64,000 nucleotides of DNA from Azolla caroliniana (lineage: Eukaryota > Plantae > Polypodiophyta), in assembly GCA_043228905.1 (NCBI GenBank), contig JBHGNT010000001.1, positions 19,592,001 to 19,656,000 on the forward strand, written 5' to 3'. Under the pieces are notes generated by a model. It was not told the DNA's origin and made no database searches. It saw nothing but the letters and a program-made list of their open reading frames with translations. This document shows positions 23,920-36,870 of this stretch, piece by piece. Both the position numbers and the translations under genes were made by a program. Every line of letters starts with the position of its first letter. Position 1 is the first letter of the stretch.

Positions 23920-24900
23920 TCTCTTTGGTCTATGCATTGATGAATCAGAAGAAATGGTTACCAAGTTTTCAAAGGAAGTATGTGTTGAAGAAGTTGCTAT
24001 TGGGAATGTTGTGATTATGCTTTTGATATATGGAGATGATGTAGTGCTTTTTGCAAATACTTTAGGAGATGCACAAAAGCTTATTAAGGCATTGGAAATT
24101 TTTTGCATGCATACTAAATTAAGTGTCAATAGCTCTAAAACAAAGATTATGGTTGTGAAGAGACAAAAAAGAGATAAACCATGCATTACGTACAACAATG
24201 AGCCACTTGAATGTGTGAGAAGCTTCAAATATCTTGGCCTTGAAGTTCCTTCAAATCATAGATGGAATGAATGTGCTACATGCCGCTTAGAGGCGGGAAA
24301 GTGAGCGTACTATGGATTTGATAACACATGCAATCTTGGAGATATTAAGTGTTGGGTCCTCAAGAAATATCTTTCCGACACTTTCGTGACGCTGGTTCTT
24401 CTCTACGGGGTGGAAGTATGGGGCGGTAGCATCCCTAGATCTACGTGGAAAGAGTTTGAAAATGTCCAAAAACATTTTCTTACAAAGTTTCTACAAGTGA
24501 AGAAACAAACGCCCTACACATTCCTCCTCCTTGAGACAGGATCGCTTCCCATTGAGATCATGGCCATGGAAAGGGTTGTTGAATACATGCTTACGGTTCA
24601 AAAAAGTCCCTCACATCGACTTCCTAGAATTGCATGGGAAGCAAAAAAAAGATCCAAGAGACGCATAAAGGCAAAATTTTGTGTTCCGGTTGGATGCAAG
24701 ATATAGAAAAATGGTTTGGTAGATGGGATGCAAAATAGTTGCTTCATGATGCATCACTAGATTCCTCTATAAATGAGGCCTTTTTGCAATGCCAATGTAT
24801 CATGACAAGGGACAAATGTGGAGGCTCACGCTTCACACATTATACTACACATGTTGCACCTAACTACAAAACCATATTCTTTGCGGAACGGGGAAACCTG
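23920..24900 (+). mobile_element. LINE (RTE-like) reverse transcriptase C-terminal fragment
   Basis: LFGLCID..LLIYGDDVVL..LSVNSSKTKIM..SFKYLGL..LLYGVEVWG..RLPRIAW. Confidence 0.85.
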
Positions 24901-24929
24901 TTGCAGCAAGATCAAGAATTTGGTATGTT

Positions 24930-25740
24930 ATTGTCACTACTGATTATTATACTAAGTGGGTAGAAGCGAAAGACCTACGAGATAATACAACGGCCTCGAC
25001 TGCAAAATTTGTATATGAATCCATTTGGTGTAGGTTTGAGTGCCCAATCGACTCTCGAGCTAGTTAGTAATTAGGGAAGTCATTTCATTAATAAAGTAAT
25101 TCATGAATTAACAAATCATTATGTAGTAGTTCATAAGAAGAGTACGCCCTACTATCCTCAGGCCAATGGATTGGTCAAATTAACTAATAAAACGCTTCAG
25201 ATGATTTTGAGAAAATTTTTCAACAAAAATCGCATCGACTAGGATCAAGAAGTTGCATAGTACACTATGGGCATATCCTACCACTTCCAAGATAGTTATT
25301 CGATCAACACCATTGCGATTGGGATTTGGATTGGAAGCTGTTATGCCAATCAAATTTCAAATTCCTAGTTTATGAGTGCAAGTGGTAGAAAGACTTGATG
25401 TGGAGCACTCCGAAAGAATAAAAAGGAAACAACTCTTGGAGTTAGAGGGAAGTCGACTTCAATCTCTACGGTACGTGGAACAAAAGCAACGGAAACCAAA
25501 AGCCTTTTTCGATCATCATCGACATGACAAAGAAGTTTTTATCGACATGTGTTTCAAAGAAAAATGGGCTCCATGCCAGGGAAACTATGGTTTTGATGGA
25601 CCGGGTTGTCTTGGATTGTCAACAACAAGAATGGCACATATAAGTTACGCACACTCACAGGTGAAATATTGCCAAAATGGGTTAATGGTTTTGGACTAAA
25701 ACCATACCAAGGGCCGACTCCGACTAATCCATTTTTAACT
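24930..25740 (+). mobile_element. Degenerate non-chromovirus gypsy integrase fragment
   Basis: TDYYTKWVEA..GSHF..STPYYPQANG..GLEAVMP..NGTYKL..WVNGFGLKPY. Confidence 0.8.
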
Positions 25741-26662
25741 ATAATAGGTTTTAACGACCAGGTTGGTTGAACAATCGACACTTCCTTGGATAGTCGATTG
25801 ACTAGCCCAATTTTGGTCAATTGACCATAATCAATTAAAAGGACAATTATTGTAAATACCATGTACTATAGACTAGTACTTTTAAAATAAAATAAATATA
25901 TAAAAAAACACAAAACAATTTCTTGGCATAGTACTTTCTTGGTACTATTCCTATCACACCTATTTATAGAAGGGCACGCCACCCATTAAGATCAAATATA
26001 ACAAGTGGCTCTTCAAAAGGTCATTAAAGCAAAATATTCTATTCTTGAAGCCTTTTCATTTCGAGATATGGACCAGTATTACAAAGATACAAAACTGTCT
26101 TTTTCCCATTTTTCTTACACAAAAAAGCATAGAGAAGTGAACTTTCGTCACAACAGAGCACACACACATCTCAGAGCTTAAAATCCTGCAAAGAGACTAG
26201 CACCCTCACCTAAGACAATGAATCAATAGAAAATATGCCAATCAAAATCTCTGACGATCTTAGAATTTGGTTGCAAACCAATGGGTTGTGAGGATTTATC
26301 AGAGTAGCCGAAGCCCTACCTCATCAACAAGATACGGGGGTTGCTCGCAAGATCAACATTGACAAACTCACAAATAAGCGGGTGTGATAGATATTGAATC
26401 TTCAAAATGAGGAGACCAATCAAATAGAGTCGGTGGAGATAGAAATCCTCGACTCTTAATTTGGCAAATATTCGACTTCGGCAAAAGTATATAGGACTCA
26501 AGGAGGTCCAGATATTTTCTTCAGAGAGGTTGCGATTTGTTTATTGGAGATCGTCTGTATGAATCCACAAATTACTGCATGCCAAAGAACAAGGCATGAT
26601 TCATCATAGCGACTTATGAGGGAGAAAAAATTGATTGGGGTTTCATTACCGAAGCCGCGCGG

Positions 26663-26911
26663 TTGGATGGTGATTGTATTGCGGTTAGAGAATTAACTTG
26701 TTTTTGCTTCCATTGTGTGCAGGGAAATTGGAGCTATTGTTTAATCAAAGCATATATTCAGAATTGGGAGTACCATACATTGAATGATAAGGAAGCCGTT
26801 GATGGAGAAATAGAAAAAAGTGCTGACTTCACATATCAAGGACGTGGAGATACTCTAAGTGATGTCTTAAACGTTGGGGATATTTTCGTTGTAAATACAA
26901 TAATTGCTCAG
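26663..26911 (+). pseudogene. C-terminal exon fragment of a putative DNA transposase
   Basis: RELTCFCFHC...W..C.....NW Cys motif, recalled from C-termini of Sola2/CMC-like transposases. Ends at CAG|GT. Confidence 0.4.
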
Positions 26912-28355
26912 GTTTATACACAGTTAGTGCTACTGTTTATGAATGTATTTACAACAATATGCCATGGAATTTGTAGCTACAAGGAGATCATACCAATTTT
27001 CTTGTAAAACAAGTAGAGCACATGTATTGCAGAAAAACTGTTCAATAAAATCGTTTGGGAGACTGTCTTCTTTCTGATATACAATTTTCTTTCTGTTATT
27101 GTTTCTTAATAAAATCATTTGGGAGTCTTCTTTTTGACATCCAGTCTTCTTTCTATTCTTAACACGTTCGCGTTCAGAAATGGAAGGATCGCGCATTCCA
27201 CTTTTAGATTCCCTTTATAGTTACACAATTTTAGCTTGTTGTGAAATATGACGTGCACCAGTATCACATGATAAACCACAGAGGGTGAATTTATTGATTT
27301 ATTAATCGGATACATCTCTATTCCGAGAGAACATGCTATTTATTGGAGAAAATATAAATGTACTAGATTTATTCTTGCAATGTTTACAAATTTAGGGTTG
27401 GTTTTTACCGCGCATTCATTTTATACAAATTAATTATTTGACTAAAGCATTAACAAACAAGAATTCCATTTTTGTGAGATGTAAAGTACATAGGTTTACA
27501 GTGGTTAAACTTTCCAAGAGAGGTGTATATGCTATTTGAGAAATTGATATTTACATATTATTGAATACAATACATAATGATTAATAGTTAGTAAAGATCA
27601 TTAGGATATAATACCAAATGTATATGTTCATGACAACACATGAAAATTAGAAGTAGAAAGCGTACTCATAACTATTAGTTTACATTACATTAGACATACA
27701 AGAATATACCCAAAACATATATGACTATTATTAAGGTATAGGCAATGCTAAATTTTTGGGTACCATCATAGAGATAACTCTCTGGTATTAACATTAAAGC
27801 ATGTATTAAAATTTTCATTTGATTGTCTACACATAAACACTAAATCAAGAGGTTAAACACATATATACAAATGGAGTAATAATAATCTATACATATCACA
27901 CATTGATAGCCCTCCATACCTCCAGTCCAGACAACCATCAACCATAGAAACATGATTATTGTTGTACAATCCCCTCTAATAAAGCAAATACTCCCCAATA
28001 TCTACAAATGCCTCCTTCAGTCCCAGTAAATGTTATTTATCATAGTTATTCTATAAGTATAATAAATTCAAAAAGTGATTGGCAATAGCAAACATGGAAC
28101 TAAGTTTTCTAAACACAATTGATGGGTAAATATGAAGAATGAACATACATTTTCTTTGATCTTAACTATATACTTAGATGATAGTCCAACAAATTTAATA
28201 AATATGTGCCACAAGATATAAACATAGCAACACATTAATTAAAACATAATATAACACCATATAAACAAATAAATTGGATCATATTAGGAAATAGAATTGA
28301 TTAAAAGATCGTTGATTAGAAGTAAATACATTAAAAGTTTTTTTATAAACTCTAA

Positions 28356-31300
28356 CTACATCGCTAGGAGAGTATCCATATCATTGGATTCATCATTAGT
28401 CGGTGAACTATCATCCACATTTAGCACAATAGTATCCACTCTAGATAGACTCGCTATCGTGGGGTCCTCCGTTAAGTCATTGTCAAGCTCTATGAGTTCC
28501 CCAGGTTCACTAGCCAAAGGAGGGATCGGTTCACAGGGGGCAAGCTGAAAACGTTCGGTATCTGCCATATGTTTGGACCCTACCTCCTCATCTTGATCAG
28601 GGCATTCCCAAAGCGCACGAAGCCTCATGTTGATGAAGTTCACCTGCTCATCTTTCTCCAATGCGACCGAATTTCAGAAAAGCTTCAAAGCACATGCCGA
28701 AGTGGTGCCTAAACACCATAAATAAGAAATAATGAGTATTATCATAGGTCTAAATATAAATAAAACCTTCAACACATTGGGAAAAATATTCGACCATTTA
28801 CCTGTGCCAGAAAACAAGTCCAATATCCAGTCATCTTCATTCGAAAACATCTCCACAAGGCGCATCATTAAACGTTGGGCCTTCTTGTAGGGATTCACAA
28901 GCCCACGCTCAGTCGTGGTCACATGTCGAAGCTTCCGTGTCATGGTTGGATATACGAGCAGGTTTGAGCATCCCACCTCATTCGAATGCTCCTTGATTCT
29001 TTGCTTCTTGATCTCGTCATAATAACCAACTGTTATATATTCCATTGCGTTGACGAACCAAAAAGTCGGTTCCCTATTTACGTTGGTTTTAATCCTGATC
29101 ATTGAGAAAAAAGTTATAAGTAGTTTAAATTACAATATATAATTCCTATTGAAATATAGTGCTTTCAATAAAATCATTACCAAGCAAGGTTCTCAATTCC
29201 ATGACAACGAGATCTCAACGCTTGAGCCACAGAATATCCCTGATCCATGCTATGAAATATTACAATTCTCCACAAGGAAGCGGTGGTCAAGTCGGCGAAA
29301 TCTTTTACCATTTTTTCCAACTGCTTGAACCTAAAAGGTTCGTCATCGTAGATTGAACCAGCCATACGAAAACCGTATGGAATATCAGGTACCATTAACG
29401 TATACTCTTTCTTTGGCAGCTTCTGGATCATGTTAGCTAGATCACCACAATAAACATTGTAGTACAGATCTCTGGTGATGTCTTTTTTGTGGTTGAACTT
29501 CTTGAAGGTGCCGCCATCTTCCACCTCAAACGCCCTTACCAAGCGTCGATCCTTCTCTTTTCTGGCCCTTTCAAGATGCGCAAGAAAGGATGTTGGAAAG
29601 TCATGTATATCCTTTATTTCGCCAGGCCTCTTACTCCGACATGGTTTCTAAAAAAAATAAGACATCAACAAAGTTATAGTGATACAAGGGATGGACCACC
29701 ACAAATTGATCAAACAAAGAGTTATACTCACCCAATCCTTAAATGCAATGAAATATTCCGATAACGCCTTGTACGAAGATGTTATCGAATATTCTTCAGT
29801 CACTTGTTCCCATGATAAGCAACCTAGTTGCTTCATCATTACTCCTTGTATTTTCATATAGACTTTGTGACTGAAAATTTATAAACCAACATTAAAAATT
29901 CATTTCTTAAAACAAGATAAACCATAAAAAATTTAGTAAGACCTTACTTGTTGAACTCCGTAACCATTTCCTCTAGGCTCAGCTCCTTTGCTACAACTCT
30001 TGAAAGCATAGATATAAGAAGTTCCTCATCTTTGATCCCTTGCATTGCCCTCCATAAAGACAGCTTCATATCAGTTGCCGCTTCCTCAATGGTAAGCTCA
30101 ATCTTCTTCGCAGTTGAACTCTTCAGTTCTAATTGAGGGTCAACTTTTGACTTCTTTTGTCTTTGACCCTTCACTTCCTTATTCTCCCACATCGTAAATA
30201 TTTGATCTTGAAGATCCCAGACTCCTCCATCCCTAAATGCAAGTTGAAACCACGACTCATACTTTCTGATTCCATCAGACTTCACAACATCGTCCACCAC
30301 AATTCCCACTTCGTGGAGACATTGACGTCGTAGATCTGGATATAATTTTGCTCCAAATTTGGTTTTCCCGTCGAGGTACTCGTGGTGAAAAACTCTAATG
30401 CGTTCGATGGAGGACATCTTTTGCCAGTAGTCATTGCCATTATTGTGGTCCCATGCTAACAACTTCGCCTCCTCAGTTGTGAACCCCACATAAATTTTGC
30501 ATTCCCTATATTTGAAGAAGAACGTTTTTGGATGCTCGCGGACTCATTGTCTTCTTGCCTCCGCCGAGTGAGATCCTCCAATCACAAAATAATTGTATTG
30601 GTCGTGCTTCTTAATATCAAAATCCTCTAGCTTAGAGCACTCAAGAGGATCCACCATCATAATAAAAGGCACCACCATTGCATGAGGGTTGATTTTCATC
30701 TTCTTCTTTAAGTTTTGGACGCGTAGCTTATGTGGTTCCTTGATCTCCAAAGGGCGATGTCCTGTATTCTCATCCAGAGGGGGGCGATGAATATGGGTTA
30801 TCGGAAGGTTAAAAACTTGCCCCTTTTGCACAAGTTTTCTATGTATTAAGTCCTTCTAATTTTATTTTGTTCTGATGAGAACACACCAGATGCCAGCTCT
30901 GCTCCTAGTGTAGCTTGAGCCTCTTCATCCTCTGTTGAACTCGATGACTCAGAATTTGACATTCTCGTCACCTTCTTTTTTGGTGGCCTGGACTACACCG
31001 CAGATTTCCTTATTCGTGCTTTAATAGGCGATAAGGAGGCTATCTTCAAATTAACATGACCTTGAATATATGGCCTCAGTGTTGTTATTAAGTTAGTACT
31101 TGTCTCAATAGCATGTCGGAAGGATTTTGGCTTGCATGAGTCCTTCAACAAGTAGTCTTCGGAGACCATCATCTGTCAGACTCCTTTTGTATAGTTGACT
31201 AATACAATCAAATTAGTTGAGTCTGCATCTTCATAGTCCAGCAACAAGATTTTTCCATAACTAAATGCACGATCTTGAGCAAGCATACCACATCCAGGTA

Positions 31301-31532
31301 GTCTGGTAACTAACAATACTACTTTCTTTTTCGAGTCTACATATTGCATTACCCACTCATATCCAGTTAAGTCTATGTCTAACTGGTCCTCACTTCCTCC
31401 AACTATAGCCGATGTTTTCTGACTAACCTCGTGAGAAGGCTGCCTCACGACTTCGTCTTCAAACATGAGTTTCTTTCCCTTTTGTGGATATGTCACAACA
31501 AGGATCTTTATGGTGTCTAAAGGTGAGCTTTG
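28356..31532 (-). pseudogene. ParB-like domain + beta-class N4-C/N6-A DNA methyltransferase (copy A, 5' end deleted)
   Basis: Exons ~31532-29948, 29870-29732, 29647-29181, 29094-28802, 28708-28356 with GT-AG introns. ParB-like YFVIGGSHSAEA and EEAKLLAWDHN..MSSIER. MTase CGD..KLP..PDIPYG, W.K...E, NPYK..LM.RL..FS..DWILDLFSGTG|TT..ALEKD. In-frame stops. Confidence 0.88.
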
Positions 31533-33141
31533 TGGAATGGACCAAAAGAAGACGTGTCTACCTCATCTTAAACGTCTTCCAAAAGATGTCAACTACGATT
31601 GTCTCGTGCAGATGCACTTGGTGGGCTGTTTAGCCTATAATGGAAGTGTGAAGCCTCATGTCTTCGTCACCTACCCAAATGTCCACAATGACCCTAATTT
31701 GATAGTCATTGTGATTCAAAAAGTATTGATGTCTTGGGGGCAGTCTTTGCCACTGGTTTTATATATTCAACTAAACAATACTGCTCGGGAAAACAAAAAT
31801 TCTATTGTGCTTGGTTATTTAAGTATGTTGGTGAACCAAGGAATTTTTAGGAAAGTGAAAGTTAACTTTCTATTTGTTGGTCATACACATGACCATATCG
31901 ATCAGATGTTCAGTAACTTCTCGAGGTAGTTATCACGATATGATGCTTTTACGTTACCTAAGTTGTTCGACATCATTTGTGATGCATATACGCCATGCTC
32001 GATCGTGGAACACTTGAAGGAAATATATGATTTCAAGAGATACATATTAGATGGTGGTGAGCGAAATGCCAAAGTGTTAGCGCCATTAAATAATATAAGT
32101 TTCAACCACGTATTCTTAATAAATAAAAATGATCATAGTGGTTGTACATTATTATATGCAAAGCAGTATTCATCCTCCCCCCAATGGGAGCCTGAAGGCG
32201 GGTGTCAGTTTCTACTTCATATGCCTTCAACTTTTGTTTATGGTGTAGGACAAATGTCGATTGACACTAAGAAAGTTGTCACCAATGTACTAGCTGATAA
32301 TCCAAAGGATGTTTGGATGCAAGCGCTGCAAAGACAAACGCAATCACATTGACAATGCGAAGAAGTATGCTAGGGAACAAGACACATCATGGTGGGATGT
32401 GTTCTTTAAAGATCGAGAACAAATTGTTGACAATTGGTGTCCTTGGTACTTGGATCGTGCAAATTCCCTTCACCTGTGAATATACAACAATGTCGTAATT
32501 CTCAGACTTCTCCTCTTACACCTAATGTGATTAATGATAGCTTGCTCCATCCACCACAAAGGGACATATATGTTGGACCTAGGCCGACAAAAACAACGGA
32601 AGCAAGGTGGCAAGGGAACTTGCAGGAATTGAAGGTGGGTATGTTAATTGCTACGCCTGCTGATGATAATGAGTTGGGAGATCAATTTTGGATTGGTAAG
32701 GTTTTAGATGTGGTGATGCATGAGAACCAAAGCCAAATCCAGTCTATAAAGGTGCATTGGTACAACAGTAAAAGCAAAAATGCCTTTACCGGCAAGTATG
32801 CTTTAGAGATGATGGAATGTCCACGATCAAGGGGGAATAGAAAGAGGAAAAGAAATATTCGTAGCACTTCATGCCTAGACATTGGTGACATAGATATTAT
32901 TGTTTACGACTTCACACTAACAAAAGCTAGACGTCTAAGGAAGTCTACAATAGATATTATCAAGGAGAAATTACCTATTCTACAAGGGGTCTCATGTCGA
33001 AGGCAAACAAGATCGTCTATACATAACATGGAAAGTCAACATCTAGTTTTAGATGAAGACAATGCCTTAATAGGTACATCCGAAGATGACAAGGAACAAT
33101 CTCTATTGTATATTAGTTATCGTAGCGACTCTGGATCATGA
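31533..33141 (+). pseudogene. Sola1-like DDE transposase, 3' part (copy A)
   Basis: GMDQKKT.LPH; LYIQLNNTARENKN; FL.VGHTHDHIDQMFS. C-terminal FWIGKV..VHWY domain. One stop and frameshifts. Confidence 0.85.
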
Positions 33142-33759
33142 TACAAGTGATTTTTGTAAACTTTACACTCCTCAATGATATTTTGGTATCTAATGTAAGA
33201 GAGTGTCGTTTGTAATACTCGAAATATGCGTAAATTATGTTTAGAAATATTATTGTTGTGTACAGACATTGTTTGTTACAAAATATATTACTTCTTGACT
33301 TCTTAGTGATAGTGAACATTGTACCATTTCGATTATAGCATAATTTTAGCATTTTTCCAAGTTTAGGAAATGATGATTTTTTGAGGTTTTCCAACGACAT
33401 TTTGAGAACATGTGATACTGGTATCATTACGTTTTGTGAATAGAGTATCTAAACCCCAAAATTTGAGTGAATATTCCTTATCCTTCCATTTTTGTGTGAT
33501 CCTTCCACTTCTGAACACGAACGTGTTTCTTCTTTCTTATATATAGTCTTTTTGATATATTGTTTGGAATACATTTTGGCAATGGTTTTATTACTCTCAA
33601 GTGAACCATGTACAAGTTTAAATAGTTTTCCTACTTTGAAGAAAAAGCAACAACATGAAATCAGAAATCATGTACCTACTCTTAAAATTACACAGTAGAT
33701 AATTACTCGAAACAAGTTATTTAACTCTTCATTGATTAATCTATCATCAAATTACATAT

Positions 33760-34300
33760 TTATAATACACCATTGGCAATGTCTAGAAAGTGCCTATAAA
33801 CAACTAAGCTTTTGCTAGTCAATGGAATTTCTCTACATATATGATTTGCATACCGAGCTCGGTATGGAGTCCACAACCATGCAGTTAGTTGAGAACTCAA
33901 TGTTTTCACCAAGTAGTTATCAGGCATTTCCTTGGGTACAATGAGACAACATCTGCGAAGGTTGAAGTAATGCCAAACATGTTTTGTATCCACAATCAAC
34001 ATATTGTCGACATTATATTTGGGCCAAGTATCCCAAAAATCAGAAAATCTTTTGAATCTTGCATTATCCTTTTGCTCACATTTTTCTCGTGTCCACTGAC
34101 CCTTGAAATGTTGTCGCCACTTTGGGAAGAATCTTTTTACACACTTCCACACATCTGTAGGTGGTTTTTCACTCCAAAAAAACAAATCAAAGTATTCCAC
34201 AACCCACTCTAGAAATTGATTCGTGTCCCTCCTTGCCTGCATATATCGCACACTCATCAAGAGTTTATCAAGCTCCAAGATCAAGGCTCTTCTTTTGCCT
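33760..34300 (-). pseudogene. FCP1/NIF-type HAD phosphatase-like domain; further exons may extend to ~35550
   Basis: LILELDKLL..ARR...FLEW..EYFDL..WS..NMLIVD..FN pattern. The catalytic DxD is altered to ELD. Confidence 0.55.
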
Positions 34301-35549
34301 TGTAATGGTTTAGGTTTCCATTCCTATAACTGAGCCTATGTTACACCAACTATTGGTAGCACACGATCAATTTCAATCAACTCAAGTTCTGTTGACACAA
34401 TTGGTGTCCCCTGGTCGACTATGTCCTTCACCTTGTATTATTGTTGTGCAATTATTAGGTCTAGCTTCACACTGTTTTACTCTTGTATAGTTGACAATGT
34501 CATTGGTCCTGGCATTACCTCTGTGCATGTAGATACTTCTCTAGTCGATATCAACCCACTAGTATCACATGCTCCATCTACCTGCAAAATCAGATCATTT
34601 GTGCAACATGCTTGATCCACTTGCGTGTCAGATCATTTCTATCAGGTGCTACATCTACTTTCAAGATGGGGCCCTGTAAACATGCAACAACATTAACAGT
34701 TTCCAAACTGCCATCGTCTTTAGGAGCAATAGATTCAAACCCTTTAGACTCTGCCACATCGGAAAACACCAACATATTCACACTCACAAAGTAGCTAACA
34801 GTCTCACAAAACAACGTAATGAACATGAAATATTCTACAACAAAATAATAATATTATCTTAATATCCATCATAGAGTTCCATTACATAATGTGGATCAAG
34901 CAACAACCAATCTGAGGTTTTACTTGTCCAAATAGATCATAGAAAATCTTCATAATTTTCTAGGAAAATAGCTAATAGTCATATCCCACTAATCAGTAAT
35001 TGGTAGTAATTCGCTCCAATTCAAGAGCCCCTTGACCGAGTAACTAGTCATGTCCTCGATCGTGGCCCCTTCTTTAGCCTTTTTCTAGCCGGTTGCCCAT
35101 TTAGCCTTGTGTCTTTCACCCATTGCGCAAGTGTGTCCTCCTTCGACAACCTTTCCATCGCCTCAACAACGGCTTGCACGTCAGCCGCGTCTTATGCTAG
35201 CTTTTCAAATACAGTGGGATCTAGTGGGACATCATCAGTAGTTGGGCTTAGTGGGGTTTAATCAAGGTTTTGGGATTTGAAGAAATGTTGTATCAAGTGT
35301 CAAAAACATTGTTGTTATGAACCTCAGATTTAGAATCTGATGTTGTTTCCAATATTTCATGGCTTTTCACAATGTTGCCTAATTCAGTACAATCTTCCAA
35401 AAAAGTAGGGTGGAGCTTATCTGAAGGAGATGTGATTGCAGGACTCTTACTTTTAGCCACGTTGCCAGCTATCTCCTCATCGGTTGCTGCATCATCGGCA
35501 CCGGACACCTCATGCAACCTACTTAATCCATGAGATTCTACAACAACAT

Positions 35550-36870
35550 GTCAGCTAATTAGTGGCTTCTCTTTAGCTACTACTTTTTGTAGTTAGGTGT
35601 AGTTACTTGTGTTTTTCTACCACTTAACTAATTAGCTACATTGTAGCTAATTAGCGCTCAGACTATAGGCTAGTAGTAGCTAATTAGCTATATCTTAGCT
35701 AATTAGCTATATCTTAGCTAATTAGCTATTCTTCTTAACTATGGCAATAGTTAATTAGCTACCACTCTTGATACTACTTAGCTAATTAACTACATCTTAC
35801 CTAATTAGCTATTCTACTTAAGTATGGTAATAGAGAATTAACTACCACTTAGCTAATTAGCTACATCTTAGCTAATTAGTTATTCTTCTTAACTATGCCA
35901 GTAGCTAATTAGCTACCACTCTTGATACTACTTAGCTAATTAGTTGCTAGACTATAGATCGGTAGTAGCTAATTAGCTACCACTCTTGATACTACTTAGC
36001 TAATTAGTTGCTAGACTATAGATCGGTAGTAGCTAATTAGCTACCACTCTTGATACTACTTAGCTAATTAGTTGCTAGACTATAGATCGGTAGTAGCTAA
36101 TTAGCTACATCTGAGTTAATTAGCTATTGTACTTAAGTATGGTAGTAGCGAATTAGCTAGCACTTAGCTAATTAGCTACATTGTAGCTAATTAGCTGCTA
36201 GACTATAGGCTGGTAGTAGCTAATTAGCTACATCTTAGCTAATTGGCTATTCTTCTTAACTATGGCAGTAGCTAATTAGCTACCACTCTTGATACTACAT
36301 AGCTAATTAGTTACATCATAGCTAATTAGCTATTCTACTTAAGTATGGTAGTAGTGAATTAGCTACCACTTAGCGAATTAGCTACATTGTAGCTAATTAG
36401 CTGCTAGACTATAGGCTGGCAGTAGCTAATTAGCTACATCTTAGCTAATTGGCTATTCTTCTTAACTATGGCAATAGCTAATTAGCTACCACTCTTGATA
36501 CTGCTTAGCTAATTAGTTGCTAGACTATAGATTGGCAATAGCTAATTAGCTACGTCTTGGCTAATTAGCTATTCTACTTAAGTATGACAGTAGCTAATTA
36601 GCTACACCTTGGCTAATTAGCTATTGTACTTAAGTATGGCAATAGCTAATTAGCTATCACTCTTGATACTATTTAGCTAAGTAGTATAGCATTACATTGT
36701 AACGAATTTGCTACTACACTTTATACCGCTTAGCTAATTAGCGACTACACTTTATACCGCTTAGCTAATTACCTATGTTGTAGCTAATTAACTACTACAC
36801 TATTGAACCATAACAAGTAAATAGCTACCACACTTGATATGACTTAGCTAATTAGCTAAGATGTAACTAG
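35550..36870. repeat. Tandem array built on palindrome TAGCTAATTAGCTA (array 2)
   Basis: Same core as 410-1860 with different spacers (CATCT; CCACTCTTGATACTACT; GCTAGACTATAG). Same position directly 3' of the RING gene. Confidence 0.95.

Larger units (their letters stand above)
27161..33527. mobile_element. Sola1-like TIR transposon carrying ParB-methyltransferase (copy A, internally deleted)
   Basis: TIRs AACACGTTCG(C/T)GTTCAGAA(A/G)TGGAAGGATC at 27161 and, inverted, ending at 33527. Exact 4-bp TSD TCTT (27157-27160, 33528-33531). Homologous to copy B in opposite orientation. Confidence 0.92.

Noticed and set aside
26200-26660. Possible env-like or extra ORF after the gypsy integrase fragment
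   Set aside because: Too degraded to assign.
28356-31532. Bacterial contamination or a restriction-modification operon
   Set aside because: The MTase gene has spliceosomal GT-AG introns, lies within TIRs embedded in plant repeats, and has no adjacent nuclease.
35550-36870. TAGCTAATTAGCTA arrays as parS sites of the ParB-MTase element
   Set aside because: Both arrays lie outside the TIR/TSD boundaries of copies A and B and travel with the RING unit, so nothing in the sequence links them.
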